Position numbers and translations under genes: made by a program. Below, piece by piece: positions 11,170 through 22,595 of a DNA stretch of 64,000 bases. The notes beneath the pieces are model-generated. The model saw only the letters and a list, made by a program, of their open reading frames with translations. It was not told where the DNA came from and searched no databases. The DNA is taken from positions 38,752,001-38,816,000 of the forward strand of contig CM119371.1 in assembly GCA_051294905.1 (NCBI GenBank), given 5' to 3'. The stretch's first letter is position 1. Every line of letters begins with the position of its first letter. The stretch is from Botryllus schlosseri (Eukaryota).

Positions 11170-12195
11170 ATGATGTCGACTTTGCGGTCAAAAGTGACAA
11201 CCGCTCCTCCTCAGCCTCCCTCCCATGGCTTAACGCGTGCACAATTATCACTCGTCCCGAGGGCCAGGCAATGCGCCTGCACCGTATGCGGTACTCGTAA
11301 AGATTGCAAGTTGGATAAAGTGTACGCCCACCCGGTTCTGAAGGTCTTGATTTGCGAGATGTGCTATGAGTTTTATATCGCCGGGGAATTCACCAAGGAC
11401 AACGATGGCTACGACGGACAATGCCGGTGGTGCAGGAAAGACGGTAAACTAATTTGGTGCGATTCACCTGGGTGTACTCATGCCTTTTGTAAAGGTTGTC
11501 TGAGGCGCAATTTCCCGTACCATCAACGAAAGAACATTCTCGCCGCTAACCACTGGCTTTGTTTTTCGTGCGATGAATCGCAGCTTCCAAAGCGTATCAA
11601 GGAAAAATACGACAAATTGGCTCCGTTCCTAGCAGTGAAATGGAACTCCATGTTGAACGGCGATGTCTGTTTGGAGAGCAAAAAAGTACCAATTGTACGA
11701 AGTCCTAGTATACCGAGAAACTGTGAGACCGCTCAGAAATTGTTCGCCGATTACGCGGGTTTTGTTCGAAGCCTTATAAAATCTCCACCGTCTTCGGTTC
11801 GTGATGTCAAATCGATTGTAAGTCATCTGAAATGTGCCTCGCAAGAATTAGCTTCAATCCAAACCGAGTTTGGCGCCTGTCGCAAGGATGAAGGCCCTGA
11901 CGATGAGTCGTTTAAATCCGACTTATTGTCGAAGGATATCATATTGAGCATGCAGCCAAGAGTGTCTCTGATAAGACTGGAAGACTTGAAACAGATTGCG
12001 ACTTATTGCGCGTCTCAAGGTCACGGAAACGGCGCCGATTCTAAACAGTTTTCAGATTCGGAAGTAGATGTTTTTGCACGACGACGCCAGCCTGAGTTGA
12101 AGGCCAAGTTCACAAGCGCAGTGCGATTGAAATTCTGTTTTATATGCTTTGTTGTATGTTTTTGGATTCTGCTCTTCATTCCGCCATGTTACTAG
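11170..12195 (+). CDS. Stand-alone ATRX-type ADD-domain protein (ADD, helical segment, PxVxL, hydrophobic tail; no SNF2 helicase), copy 1
   Basis: Uninterrupted 341-aa ORF. CTVC...HPVLKVLICEMC...DGYDGQCRWC...GKLIWCD...CTHAFCKGCLRRN...WLCFSC matches the ATRX ADD (GATA-like plus PHD-like) signature at about 11272-11586. PRVSL at 11956-11970. Confidence 0.85.
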   Translation: MMSTLRSKVTTAPPQPPSHGLTRAQLSLVPRARQCACTVCGTRKDCKLDKVYAHPVLKVLICEMCYEFYIAGEFTKDNDGYDGQCRWCRKDGKLIWCDSPGCTHAFCKGCLRRNFPYHQRKNILAANHWLCFSCDESQLPKRIKEKYDKLAPFLAVKWNSMLNGDVCLESKKVPIVRSPSIPRNCETAQKLFADYAGFVRSLIKSPPSSVRDVKSIVSHLKCASQELASIQTEFGACRKDEGPDDESFKSDLLSKDIILSMQPRVSLIRLEDLKQIATYCASQGHGNGADSKQFSDSEVDVFARRRQPELKAKFTSAVRLKFCFICFVVCFWILLFIPPCY

Positions 12196-13013
12196 TGCCG
12201 AATCTAATGTTATGTGGTTTTCGATTATAAAGCCTAGCTCCTTTCCCGTTGCTTGGGTGCAAACTCTGAATTTATTCATAAATGAAGCAAGGGGAATTCG
12301 CGGCATGCTCATTGACATTGAATGGTGTTCTTTCTTCCACCGCTTTGACGCTTCTTGTTCGTACTGTTGTACATGGGATTGTTACACACTGTTAATCGAT
12401 TAGTGTAAAATGCCTGTAACAATTTCCATCATAACGTGTGGTGCAAATCGCGCAATTGTAAATTTGAGGTACTAAATTTTGCCAATATGCCTTTCCACCT
12501 TTCCGATTGTTGAAATTGAGTCTAATACAGCAATCCATATGGCGATATATCGTAGGATGTAATGGGTTGTATTCAAGTGTAACACCTGTTTTGAATTACA
12601 TGAGTTTGTATGGGGAAAATGAACTCGACACCTCACCCTGGGATATCGCTAAGAATTGGTGTATTGACTCGTGGTCACCCATTTAAAGGGTAAGCAAGAA
12701 GCTTCGGTACCCAATAGTGCTATTTACGAGACCTACACCCTACGATAGGGTGTTAAATCGTGTTTACAGTGCAGCAGTCTTGGTCAACTAGATAATTCTT
12801 ATCGTCCGATTAGACTGAATAAGAGCGATATATCGGTTATCTAATTTGTCGAATCTTTCGTTCCTCTCATTCTAGTTAGGATTCAATTTATGGAATGTTT
12901 CTGTGCTCTATTAATTATTATAATCGAATTTGTGGTTTTCCTTTAAATACCGCAAAACAGTACAGTGCGAAGCGAGCCAAGCTTGCTGTGTAGCAGGGCT
13001 CTTCAAAAATGAC

Positions 13014-13408
13014 TTTTTTCTTAAATCGTACTGGCTACTTGATAAAATTGTTAGGTAACCTAATTGAAGCATACACACCAAATTTGGTTCAATTCCAACC
13101 AGTAGCCGCATTGCTACAGAAGAACAGAGGTTCTATTCATTATATAAAAATAAATACCAAACAAATTTCTGTTCACCCCGTGGAAGTGTTAGGTTGTCTA
13201 CAGAAACGATATAGACAACTTAACACTTTCATGGGGTGAACGGAAAATTCTCAAATTGTTTGTTTTTCATTTTTATATAATAAATAGAAACTTTGTTCTC
13301 CTATAGAAATGCGGCTACTGGTTGGAATTGAGCCACATTTGGCGTGTAGGCTTAAATTAGGTAACCTAACAATTTGATCAAGTAGCCAGTACGATTTGAG
13401 AAAAAAAT
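13014..13408. repeat. Long palindrome / hairpin MITE
   Basis: Arms of about 190 bp are near-complementary (e.g. aaatcgtactggctacttgat / atcaagtagccagtacgattt) around a short loop at about 13201-13211. Confidence 0.85.
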
Positions 13409-14592
13409 GCTAATGTAATTTGGAAAGGCTGCGGTGTATTTCGTGTTGCGAACGCATGCAATTGTTACGTTGATATTTTTGTTCGTCTTGAAATCCACGT
13501 GCATAACGAGCGCACTGCTGTTCGTGTAATTTCTCGGCTGTGAATACCTGTTTCCTTCAATTTCCTCAGTTGAATGTGCCCTTCTGTAATTAAATTCACG
13601 TTTGATTTGCATGATCTATTTTTACAACTATAGAAAGCGACAGTGGCCGTCATGTTGAGAGCAATTTTCTTCGAATTGCATATCATCGCTCCGATTTAAG
13701 ACTAGGATTACTTGCCTTCCACTCACGCAAGCCTGTGAATATACACCAAAGTCAAGAGTGCACTGCACCCGAGTCATATAGTGGAATTTAGTCGTCAAAT
13801 ACCATACGGTAGCCGGGGTCCTATATCATCACATGTCGTGAACATATTGATATGAATTATCTTTCTAGCAAATGAACATATTGGTGCACTCATTATCAGT
13901 CTGTCCAACAGGAATCAAGTTTATTGCAGTATAGCAGGTTCAGTTCAAGAGAATCAATTAGATTCGCAATGCATGTAGCTCGGAATCTGGTGTCGCATCG
14001 TTATTCGACAAATATCGTTATATGTACATAATCCAACGTGGCGCATAGCGCAATTCTCTGTGTGAGCATTAAGGCAACCAGGCGACGGTGATACTTCGCG
14101 ATATTTCGGGAGTAGCCTACGCAACAACAACATGAATTAGATTACTGCAATGTAAGTAGGCCTACAATTCGAGAAAGCGCGCAAGTAATCAGCAATTAGT
14201 CTGGCGGGCACACACGTAATAGCTTCTGACGTCGCCTTGAGTTGGGCTCATTGCTACAGTTGCAACAACGCAGTTTGGGGCTACATTGAGTAACGATTCG
14301 GCGCAAGAGTGATCATCACGAAAATTGCATGTTTGCCTTTGCTAAATGTCCTCTTTTAGGAGGATTTGTTCACTTTTTAAACATTTCTAGTGAGATGCTC
14401 ACAGTTGCAACAAAACCTTTGGGCCAGACGCTGAATTTATTTCCTAGACACCATAGCCATGGGACATACTGAATTACTGCTTTTAAAAGGATGCCCTACA
14501 AGCCATGGCTTCTTGAATGTTACTGTAAAAATTGGCTTTTCGGCACGCGAGAATCTGTCCAAATTTTCTGGCACAAGTTCGAGCGTCTAGAC

Positions 14593-15407
14593 CAGGGGTG
14601 TCAAACATACGGCCCGCCAGGCGATTTCATCCGACCAGTGAAGCAATTCTGAGTGGATTGAAAAATGTTTGGATGGCCCAGTATATATGTAAAAAATGAT
14701 GAGATTTCTTAGTAGAAAATATACTTCAATTAAATAATCCTTCAGAACCGCAAATATCGAGCATGTTCATAGGCCACATTTTAATACCCGACTGGGATGT
14801 TGCAGTTTCCCTCTAGTTACCATTAGGGACAAGTCAGTGACATTGAAACCCAATTTCGAGAAAGAAAAATGCGCACAATCAGTTCAGAGCTTTATTGAAT
14901 ATGGACCAAAATTAGTTATTAGCAGAAGCGAAAACGCCAAGGCGGATCCATGTTACGCATGTTACATCGAGGTAGGTACACAAAAGTAGAATTGTATTAT
15001 CTGTGGTCACATTGCAGTATAACCCTGGAATCAAAAGGTACCTGGCCTCCAGAAAAACCCTAATCACGATTTAATAATAATAATTAAACTAATTCCAACG
15101 TTCGCGTTTACAGTTAAGTCTCCTGTATTTCCCGCAACACATACGCTGGGCCAACGCTAGATTCCGACATCGTTGTTAGCGCCTCCGTTTTCGAGTTCAC
15201 AACTGTATACTCGACCGGCCAATCATCGCATTTTTCGGATTTAATTGTTATTAAGGTGTTGCTCTATGATCCATGATATGATGTAATAGATATTATGCAT
15301 ATTGGCTTGATGATGACGCATTCAAATAAAAAACAATGACATGAGGTAGCATTTTGTAATCCGTCGACTACTCTGGCCCGCGACGCAATTTGAGTTTGAC
15401 GCCGCTG
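14593..15407 (+). mobile_element. hAT-type MITE (CAGGGGTGTCAAAC ends)
   Basis: TIRs caggggtgtcaaac / gtttgacgccgctg. TSD gtctagac/atctagac. Confidence 0.8.
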
Positions 15408-16733
15408 ATCTAGACGGCCGTATACAATTTCCATGATATTGCGTGTAAACAACTTCACGATCTCTTTAAAATGATCGTCCTTATAGACAAAAGTTATGGG
15501 AACCGCAAAGTATGGGCTGAATCCGGATTATGATTTGATTTTGGGTCGGCTTTTGCGACTTTTGCCTGCTACTATCAAGGAAATATAATCCATCATCACA
15601 CTCGAACGTAACAATTCTATTTCCATTAACTTGCGTTGATTTGTACACCATGTTTCGTTTCCTATGATCCAATCAATTGTGGCTGCAACTGCAAGTCTTC
15701 CAAGTTTGGAAGATAGCATTGAAGCCACAATCATCGTTGATAAATTAACCCTCAGCTCAACGAGGCGTAATCATTTCAGTGTGAATCGAATTTACGATTA
15801 ATCTTAGGTAAGCATGTCATATGACAAGAGAATAATAGTGCTACAAGTGCAAGTCATTTATTGATACAAAGGCGGTAAAGATACTAACATCCTTGAATGG
15901 TTTGTGAAGAAGTCTCGTTATGCGAAGTATTAGTATATTATATCATACATCATGTATGATACATGTAAAGTAAATTCAACTCTCGCGTTCCGAGTACATG
16001 TAGGCCTACTTGTGCATTGCACAATTGTGCACCATGGCTTAAATATATAGGTGGTTACGTTATGTGTGATCTAGAAGAGGATTTCAACTTCTACATGGTG
16101 TATATGCCTACTGCCTACTTTCAGCAGAAATCGATGTATCTGTAATACTCAAACCATAGTGATCTATATTTAAAGGCTACATTCATCACTTGAATAGGGT
16201 TATGTTCGCCTTATCGGATCGACAAAACGACAGCATATTACAATACTGCGTTGTTGATCATGGCCGGATATTTCCAAATCTAAGTAGCCTTTGAGCTCTT
16301 CAATGGATGTCTCAACCACAAATTTGTAGGCCTGCGTAGGCCTAACTGTTGTTAATGTCTTGGTATGCAAGCCTCGTATCCAAATCCGTGCGTCCAGCTC
16401 GATCTACCTTATTCCGCGGGGTTTGGTTGGTAGCTTTGTTTGTCAAAAGCAGGTAGCGAAGTTGCAATATCTGGCTAGCTTAATAGCAATGTTTTCCTGA
16501 CTGCTTGGGGAGGCAGACGTTCTCATGGCTGATTGTTCGCCGTCGTTGCTAGGGCTATCTCTTGAGACTAAATAAGTAGTGCTGGGCATAGTGATGTGAA
16601 TCTGAATCGACTATTAACTCTGATGATTCGAGTGAGACATGATTTTTTTCGCATCCTGAGATTATACGCGTCATGTCAGAAAGAGTTGATTTGATAACTA
16701 GAATTATTGTTTCGATACTGTTTTCCACTGTAG

Positions 16734-17578
16734 AGGAGGGCCAGGCAATGTGTCTGCGCCGTATACGGTGCAGGCACAGATTGCAAGTTGGACAAAGTTT
16801 TCGCCAACCCGGTTCTCAAGGTAATGATTTGCGAAACGTGCCATGAGTTTTATCACGCCGGGGAATTCACGAAGGATCACGATGGTTACGATGAGCAATG
16901 CCGTTTGTGCAGGAAAGGCGGCAAAATCATCATGTGCGACTCAACTAGGTGTACGTATTCCTTTTGCAAAGTTTGTATGATGCGTAATTTCACGTACCAT
17001 CAACGCAAAACCATTCTCGATGCTAATCCGTGGCATTGTTTTTCGTGCGATGAATCGCAGCTTCCGAAGCATATCAAGGAAAAATATGACAAATTGGCTC
17101 CATTCCTAGTAGTGGAATCGAAATCCGTGTTAAACAACGATGGCTCCGCTGAAATCACGGAAGTACCAAGTGTACCAAGTCCTAGTATAGCTTCCAAATG
17201 TGAAAGCGCTCAGAAATTGTTTGCGGAGTACGCGGATATTGTTCAAGGTTTTGTAACATCTACACCGTCTTTGGCTCGTGATAACGAATCGATTGTAAAT
17301 CATCTGAAATGGGCCTCGCAAGAATTAGCTTCAATCCAAACCCAGATATGCGTCTGTCTCGGCGCAAGGGTCATATCGATCTGACTAATTTTCGAACGAT
17401 ATAATATTAAGCTTGTATCCATGAGCGTCTGTGATAAGATTGGACGATTTGGCCTCAGCTTTCTCGGATTCCGACTCAGATGTGTTTGCGCGACTGGCGT
17501 GGTGCCATTGAAATTCCGTTTTATGTGGTTTTGTCGTATGTTTTCGGATTCTCGTCTTCATTCAACCATCTCACTAGT
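16734..17578 (+). pseudogene. ADD-domain gene copy 2, degenerate or truncated
   Basis: Open frame 16734-17384 (RRARQCVCAVYG...HPVLKVMICETC...DGYDEQCRLC...WHCFSC...). Zn ligand changed from CTVC to CAVY. No ATG, and an in-frame TAG at 16731. Frameshift near 17350, then SD*FSNDIILSLYP*ASVIRLDDL, so the PxVxL motif is destroyed. Confidence 0.75.
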
Positions 17579-17700
17579 GTCTGATCACCGCTGTTGATTT
17601 TAGTTCAATGTAATGACCAGTGCAACACCGATCGTTGCTCGCCAGATGTGGAATTTTCTGTAATTTTAATAATTCATTTTTGGTAGTTCACTGAACCGAA

Positions 17701-19148
17701 CAAAGTTGGATCAATTACATTATTTCAGTTCAATTACAATTACAATTACTTTCATGCATGTTTCAATTACATTACAATTACAATTACTCCATGCTAAAAA
17801 TATCAAATTACAATTACAATTACAATTACTCCTTGCATGCTTCAATTACATTACAATTACAATTACAATTGCTGCTGATGAACATGTAATTGAATAATCA
17901 TAAATTCAACCGTGTTCCTTGACAACCGTAGCGTCGTAATAAACAACAATTCAAGTATTCATGTTTCATTCATGATACGCAAATACCCGTTTATTAATAA
18001 AAAGAAAAACATTTTCGAACTATTCCAGTATGCAGTATGTCGTTGAAAAAAGTATTATAATATATGCACGTGTTGGATTTGCGTATATAGTATATAATTA
18101 AAGAAATGATATTATTTTTATCGAGGGACGTAGGAATTAGGATGAGGAGTAAAAACAAAGCCGTGCTTTGTCAGATAAGACGTTATATAATATCCAGTGG
18201 TATGGTTAGTTAGCCAGACGAAGTAACGATGCAGCATCGTGATCTGAAATCGTGTTGTAGATTGCCAACCCACGGATAGATTCGCAAGATGTGAGTCACG
18301 GATGAATGCACCGACAAACGTACTGCAGAGCCGGCTAAAAGCAGCAAACTTTGTAGTCTTAGAGCTGGCGATCCACGCGTCCAAATTTGATGCATCTGGT
18401 CTTTATCGTAAGCTATTGATGCACTGATTCCGAAAATACAAATTAAAATCTCGTCAGGGCAATGTAACTGCTCCAAAATAGCCGTTTAAGGCTGACTGTT
18501 CTGAAAAGTGAGAGCGTCGCAGCAGCATGACCAGAACAATGACCAATTACGCCCAGCGATTGTTCAGAACAATGCCGATTCCCAGACTTTCACGACTATT
18601 TTGGGATGGTACCATTGCCTGGAAATATACTTTTATTGCGGAATCAGTGCGACACCAGCTTTCGATTAGGAACATACATATCAAATTTCGACGCTTGGAT
18701 CGCCAGCTATGGGACTATCAATTCTGCTGCTTTTAGCCGGCTCAGCAGTTTGCTTCTCGGCGTATTCAATCGTGAGTCACGTGTTGCGAATCCATCCGTT
18801 GCTTAGTAATCTAATAATTGTATACAATGGCAGTCGAGGCCAACATAGCGGTAAAAATAAAAAACTTCGCCCGCAAGGGCGCAGTCAAGGGCTTCCGCGA
18901 ATGGATCCACCAAATTCCTTGTCGACATTTAAAGAGAATGCATTATAAGTCAATTATTTTATGTTGTGCTTGTCAGGTCTCAATAGCAATTTAATGTAAT
19001 TGAAATTGTAATTGAGCAAAATTGTTGTCAAATTACAATTACAATTACACAAAATAAAAATGCTTCAATTACAATTAAATTACAATTACATTGAAAAATG
19101 TAATAATTACATTCAGCTCAATTTCAAATTACAATTGATCCAACTCTG
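17701..19148. mobile_element. hAT-type non-autonomous element with CAATTA subterminal arrays
   Basis: TIRs caaagttggatcaatt / aattgatccaactctg. TSD gaaccgaa/gaaccgga. (caatta)n blocks at both ends. Internal inverted repeat at about 18270-18432 / 18638-18800. Confidence 0.8.
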
Positions 19149-19699
19149 GAACCGGAAATGCTGCTTTCCACCTTGGTGTAGAGTGTAAATGATGCAAACA
19201 GTACGTTCCGTCGTTCAGGCACTAGGTGATTTGACATCCTCCAATAGTGTGAATCCGATAAATACACCCATTTCTCACCATTATATTAACAATGCCCCAC
19301 TTTTGCGCTTATGCAGTCGTACTGTAGATACGTTTCATTGTTGTAGATTCTGTTTTCGTTTCCTTTTCCGTGACACGAAGGCTTGCGATTGCCTGCATAG
19401 TTTTTGTTACACTGATATTGTTTTCAGGCATTTGTCACGTTTCGTCCTGATGAATACCTCATTTCGTTATACTTGGACACTGCGATGTACTTAGTTGTCA
19501 AAAAATTAATTTTTACTTACTCGGCGTGATCTATTTTTATCAAATTGGGAAGTGTGGTGGTCATGTTAGGAAGAACGTTGTTGTAACTGCGACCTGTCGG
19601 TTGAAATGGATAACCCGTGACCTAATATCCAAATTTAAATCTAGTTGTGGTATTGACGAAATCATGGGATATTGAGCAGGACAATTTTTGACACCAAGT

Positions 19700-20015
19700 T
19701 CTCTCTATGTTCCCCTGGATTAGGAATAGGTTAGAGAACAGGTCGTTGGATACTTTTGTCCTTGATGTTTTTGCGGCATATACGCAGACTCACGATATAC
19801 GTACACACGAACTGTGCATACTGCATATACATACCACATACCGCCGGACAGGGAAGGTGCAGAAATAGCCCAAGTAGCCTTCTAAGTCTTTCCCCACCCG
19901 CCCGTCCATGCTAACCCGGTTATGCTGAGCGCCAAGCCAGGAAGTCAGTGATAACAGTGCTACTGATCAGGTCTTTGGTCTGACCCAGCCGGGCTCCACC
20001 ATTACGCTATCTCGT
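19700..20015 (-). mobile_element. SINE, second family (head partly deleted)
   Basis: Minus-strand A-box-like gagatagcgtaatgg at the 5' end. Body ctgagcgccaagccagga...gtctttggtctgaccc. A related segment lies in the opposite orientation at about 50130-50290. Confidence 0.5.
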
Positions 20016-20914
20016 GTTGTATGAAAAGTGTTTGGTATCTCGTTGTTTAACTCCCAGAGTTAAATCAAACGCGCGTATTTGTATAGTTGTGGAGAAAGCC
20101 GTTTAAAGGATAAATTGCGCTTTAAATATGGTGTGGTCTCAAATTAATGACACAAAGCAAGTGCTAAAAAAGATAGGCAGCAGCTATTTTCTTCAGAAAG
20201 CCGCCGTATTCGAACTGTAGCTAAAAGATGTTACCGAAATATACGATCCCACTCTAGCTGCAGTTATGTTTCTATGTGAAATCAAGACCACTCGTCATCA
20301 CGCCTAGTCCCGTGACCCTTTACGAATGGGTCAATAAGTACTACTAACATTTATGGATAGCTTGATCGCTGTCATGTTAAATTGGCATACAAAAGCAGCC
20401 TACTTGATGCGATATTATCTTTCTTAAAGTACATTCTGAGGTTTGATTTTTCCACCCACAACCACCTTAACCTAAAATAATCCTAATTGCGTGATTACAA
20501 TAGTACACACAGAGTATGAATTACACTTTGTTGAAGGGAAAATTCGGCTGTGATGCAGTAAATAAGCACCGAAGTAACGCTCCGGCGGATATTTCGGGAG
20601 CTTAGCCGACAAGTTGACGTTTTTTAATTTTTTTTTTATTAGTCAACCAACTGATTATGTGAAAAAAATGTATTTTGGGAACTATGAGCGAGAAAGTTGA
20701 CCTTTTCTTTAGTCAACCGACAACGGAGTAGGAAAAATTTACCATATTTTCAAGATTTTCCACCGGTATTCTAAGTTTGGAAAAGTGTCCTCCTTTCCCG
20801 ATTCCAAAATATGGTTATTGGTTACCCTAGGCTTACACTATACAGCGCCAATTTGCGTCATACAAGGTAAGGACAGGCAAGCAATGGTTTGCAAGATTAT
20901 TTTACGCCCTACGG

Positions 20915-22308
20915 CAGTGGTTCCCAACCTTTTTCCACCCACGTACCATTTATAGGTTTCATACAGTGCTCGCGTACCACCTACATAAGTTACGCGCACC
21001 GAAGGCGAATTTCCACCATCTATGACGTAATAATGACGTATTTGACTTTTGCGAGGTGTAACAACAAATTCTATCACACCAGGGGTGGCTAACCTTTTAG
21101 CCATTCACAGCTGCATTTCGACCACTCATGTTGCCCACGGCCGCATTCCAGGGCATAATAGTCGTAATGGACGAGCTGGACGCCAAAAAGCCAGATCAAG
21201 GTGTATATGGCCATTTCCGGTGAACTGCGGACTAATCTATTTAATGATATAGGCTTAGTCTACTATACGCACCGAAATTGCGAGTGGTCACTGGTAATGG
21301 CGAGGGACTGCTCAGAGCCGCGCGAAGCTCGAAACTTTTTCCAGATCCACGAATGAATTTTGTCATTGACATTAGTAGTTTTACATATTACTATCAAACA
21401 TTGATCCTTTCTCAGCCAACGTGATCAGATTCACCGGTATTAAGTTGATGCAGGGGGCGTTTTCGAAAATTTAGGGCCAGTTATAAATTATGATGCATCT
21501 TCGGGCGTAGTCATTATTTTATTGCATGCTGTTATTTCTTGACCTCCCGTCGGGATTGTCGGTATAGTGAGGAGCGTTCACGATTTCGAGTTGGTATATC
21601 TTTACGATAGGCACATCATTTTCCTCTGCTGCTGTTTGTATCTGTATTGTTGGGCTCTGATTGCAAAGGACGCTATACTGTATTAAAATCGAAAATTGAA
21701 GTCACATTACCAAGATTAATTAAAAGCTTTCAAGAAATCGGGAGTTGATTCGTAAATTCAAATTGCATTTAGACGGCCGCACAAATTTCCCTCTACGGCC
21801 GCAGGTTGGCCACCCCTGCGGTAGGCATTATCAGCCAGGGTTGATGGGATGCATGGAAATTTTTTTTCACCACCAGTCCCAAGACGAACAACATAATGAA
21901 ATAACAACAAAAGTCAATTTGTTTTATGCGATGGCTGCATTTGTTTATTTTCCTCTAGCTGGTCGATTCGTGGCATACGTTTGCTCACAGCGCATCGAAA
22001 GGCATGCAGCTTGGGCGCAACAAGTGGGTTTTGTTTCTTCGAATTTAAAGTCATCCGGGATGGAAATCCTTGCTAGCACTCCGACGTAGAAGGGAAAATT
22101 AGGAGATGGGGAATATCGCGAGAAGCTAGCGTCGAGTACGATGATGCCATGCTAAGCCAGAAATTTATTGGAGAACAATCTTCTCAAAATCAACCCCACC
22201 TGAAAATAACTACCTTCGGTCGAAAAAAAAATAGAATCTACTCGCGTACCACCTGGAAGACCTTCGCGTACCACTAGTGGTACGCGTACCACAGGTTGGG
22301 AACCACTG
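20915..22308. mobile_element. hAT-type element with a nested MITE (21080-21818)
   Basis: TIRs cagtggttcccaacct / aggttgggaaccactg. TSD ccctacgg/ccttacgg. Inner ends caggggtggctaacct / aggttggccacccctg have no clear TSD. Confidence 0.8.
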
Positions 22309-22439
22309 CCTTACGGGATATCTTCACAATGAAACAGCAGTCAGCTCAGCATCCATATAAGACAACTGTTGTTTATTTTCTCTCATTGTGGTTTCCAAGT
22401 AGAGGTTTTACGAAGTTTTACAAAATGTTCAGTAGAGAT

Positions 22440-22595
22440 GTCAGCGTCCCATCGTGCTTTGTTTCGGGGATTAGGTCTGATAATGATAATTCTGAAAATG
22501 CCACAGGAGAACTGTATAGTTCGAAACGAGCCAAGCTTACCGAACAGACATTTGCAATTCTCATTCTGATGAGATTGAACTCTGATTTGATATGA
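22440..22595 (+). pseudogene. Possible hAT transposase extreme C-terminal remnant
   Basis: SSKRAKLTEQTFAILILMRLNSDLI* resembles the R-x-x-L...F...L..N end of the hAT dimerisation domain. Confidence 0.4.
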
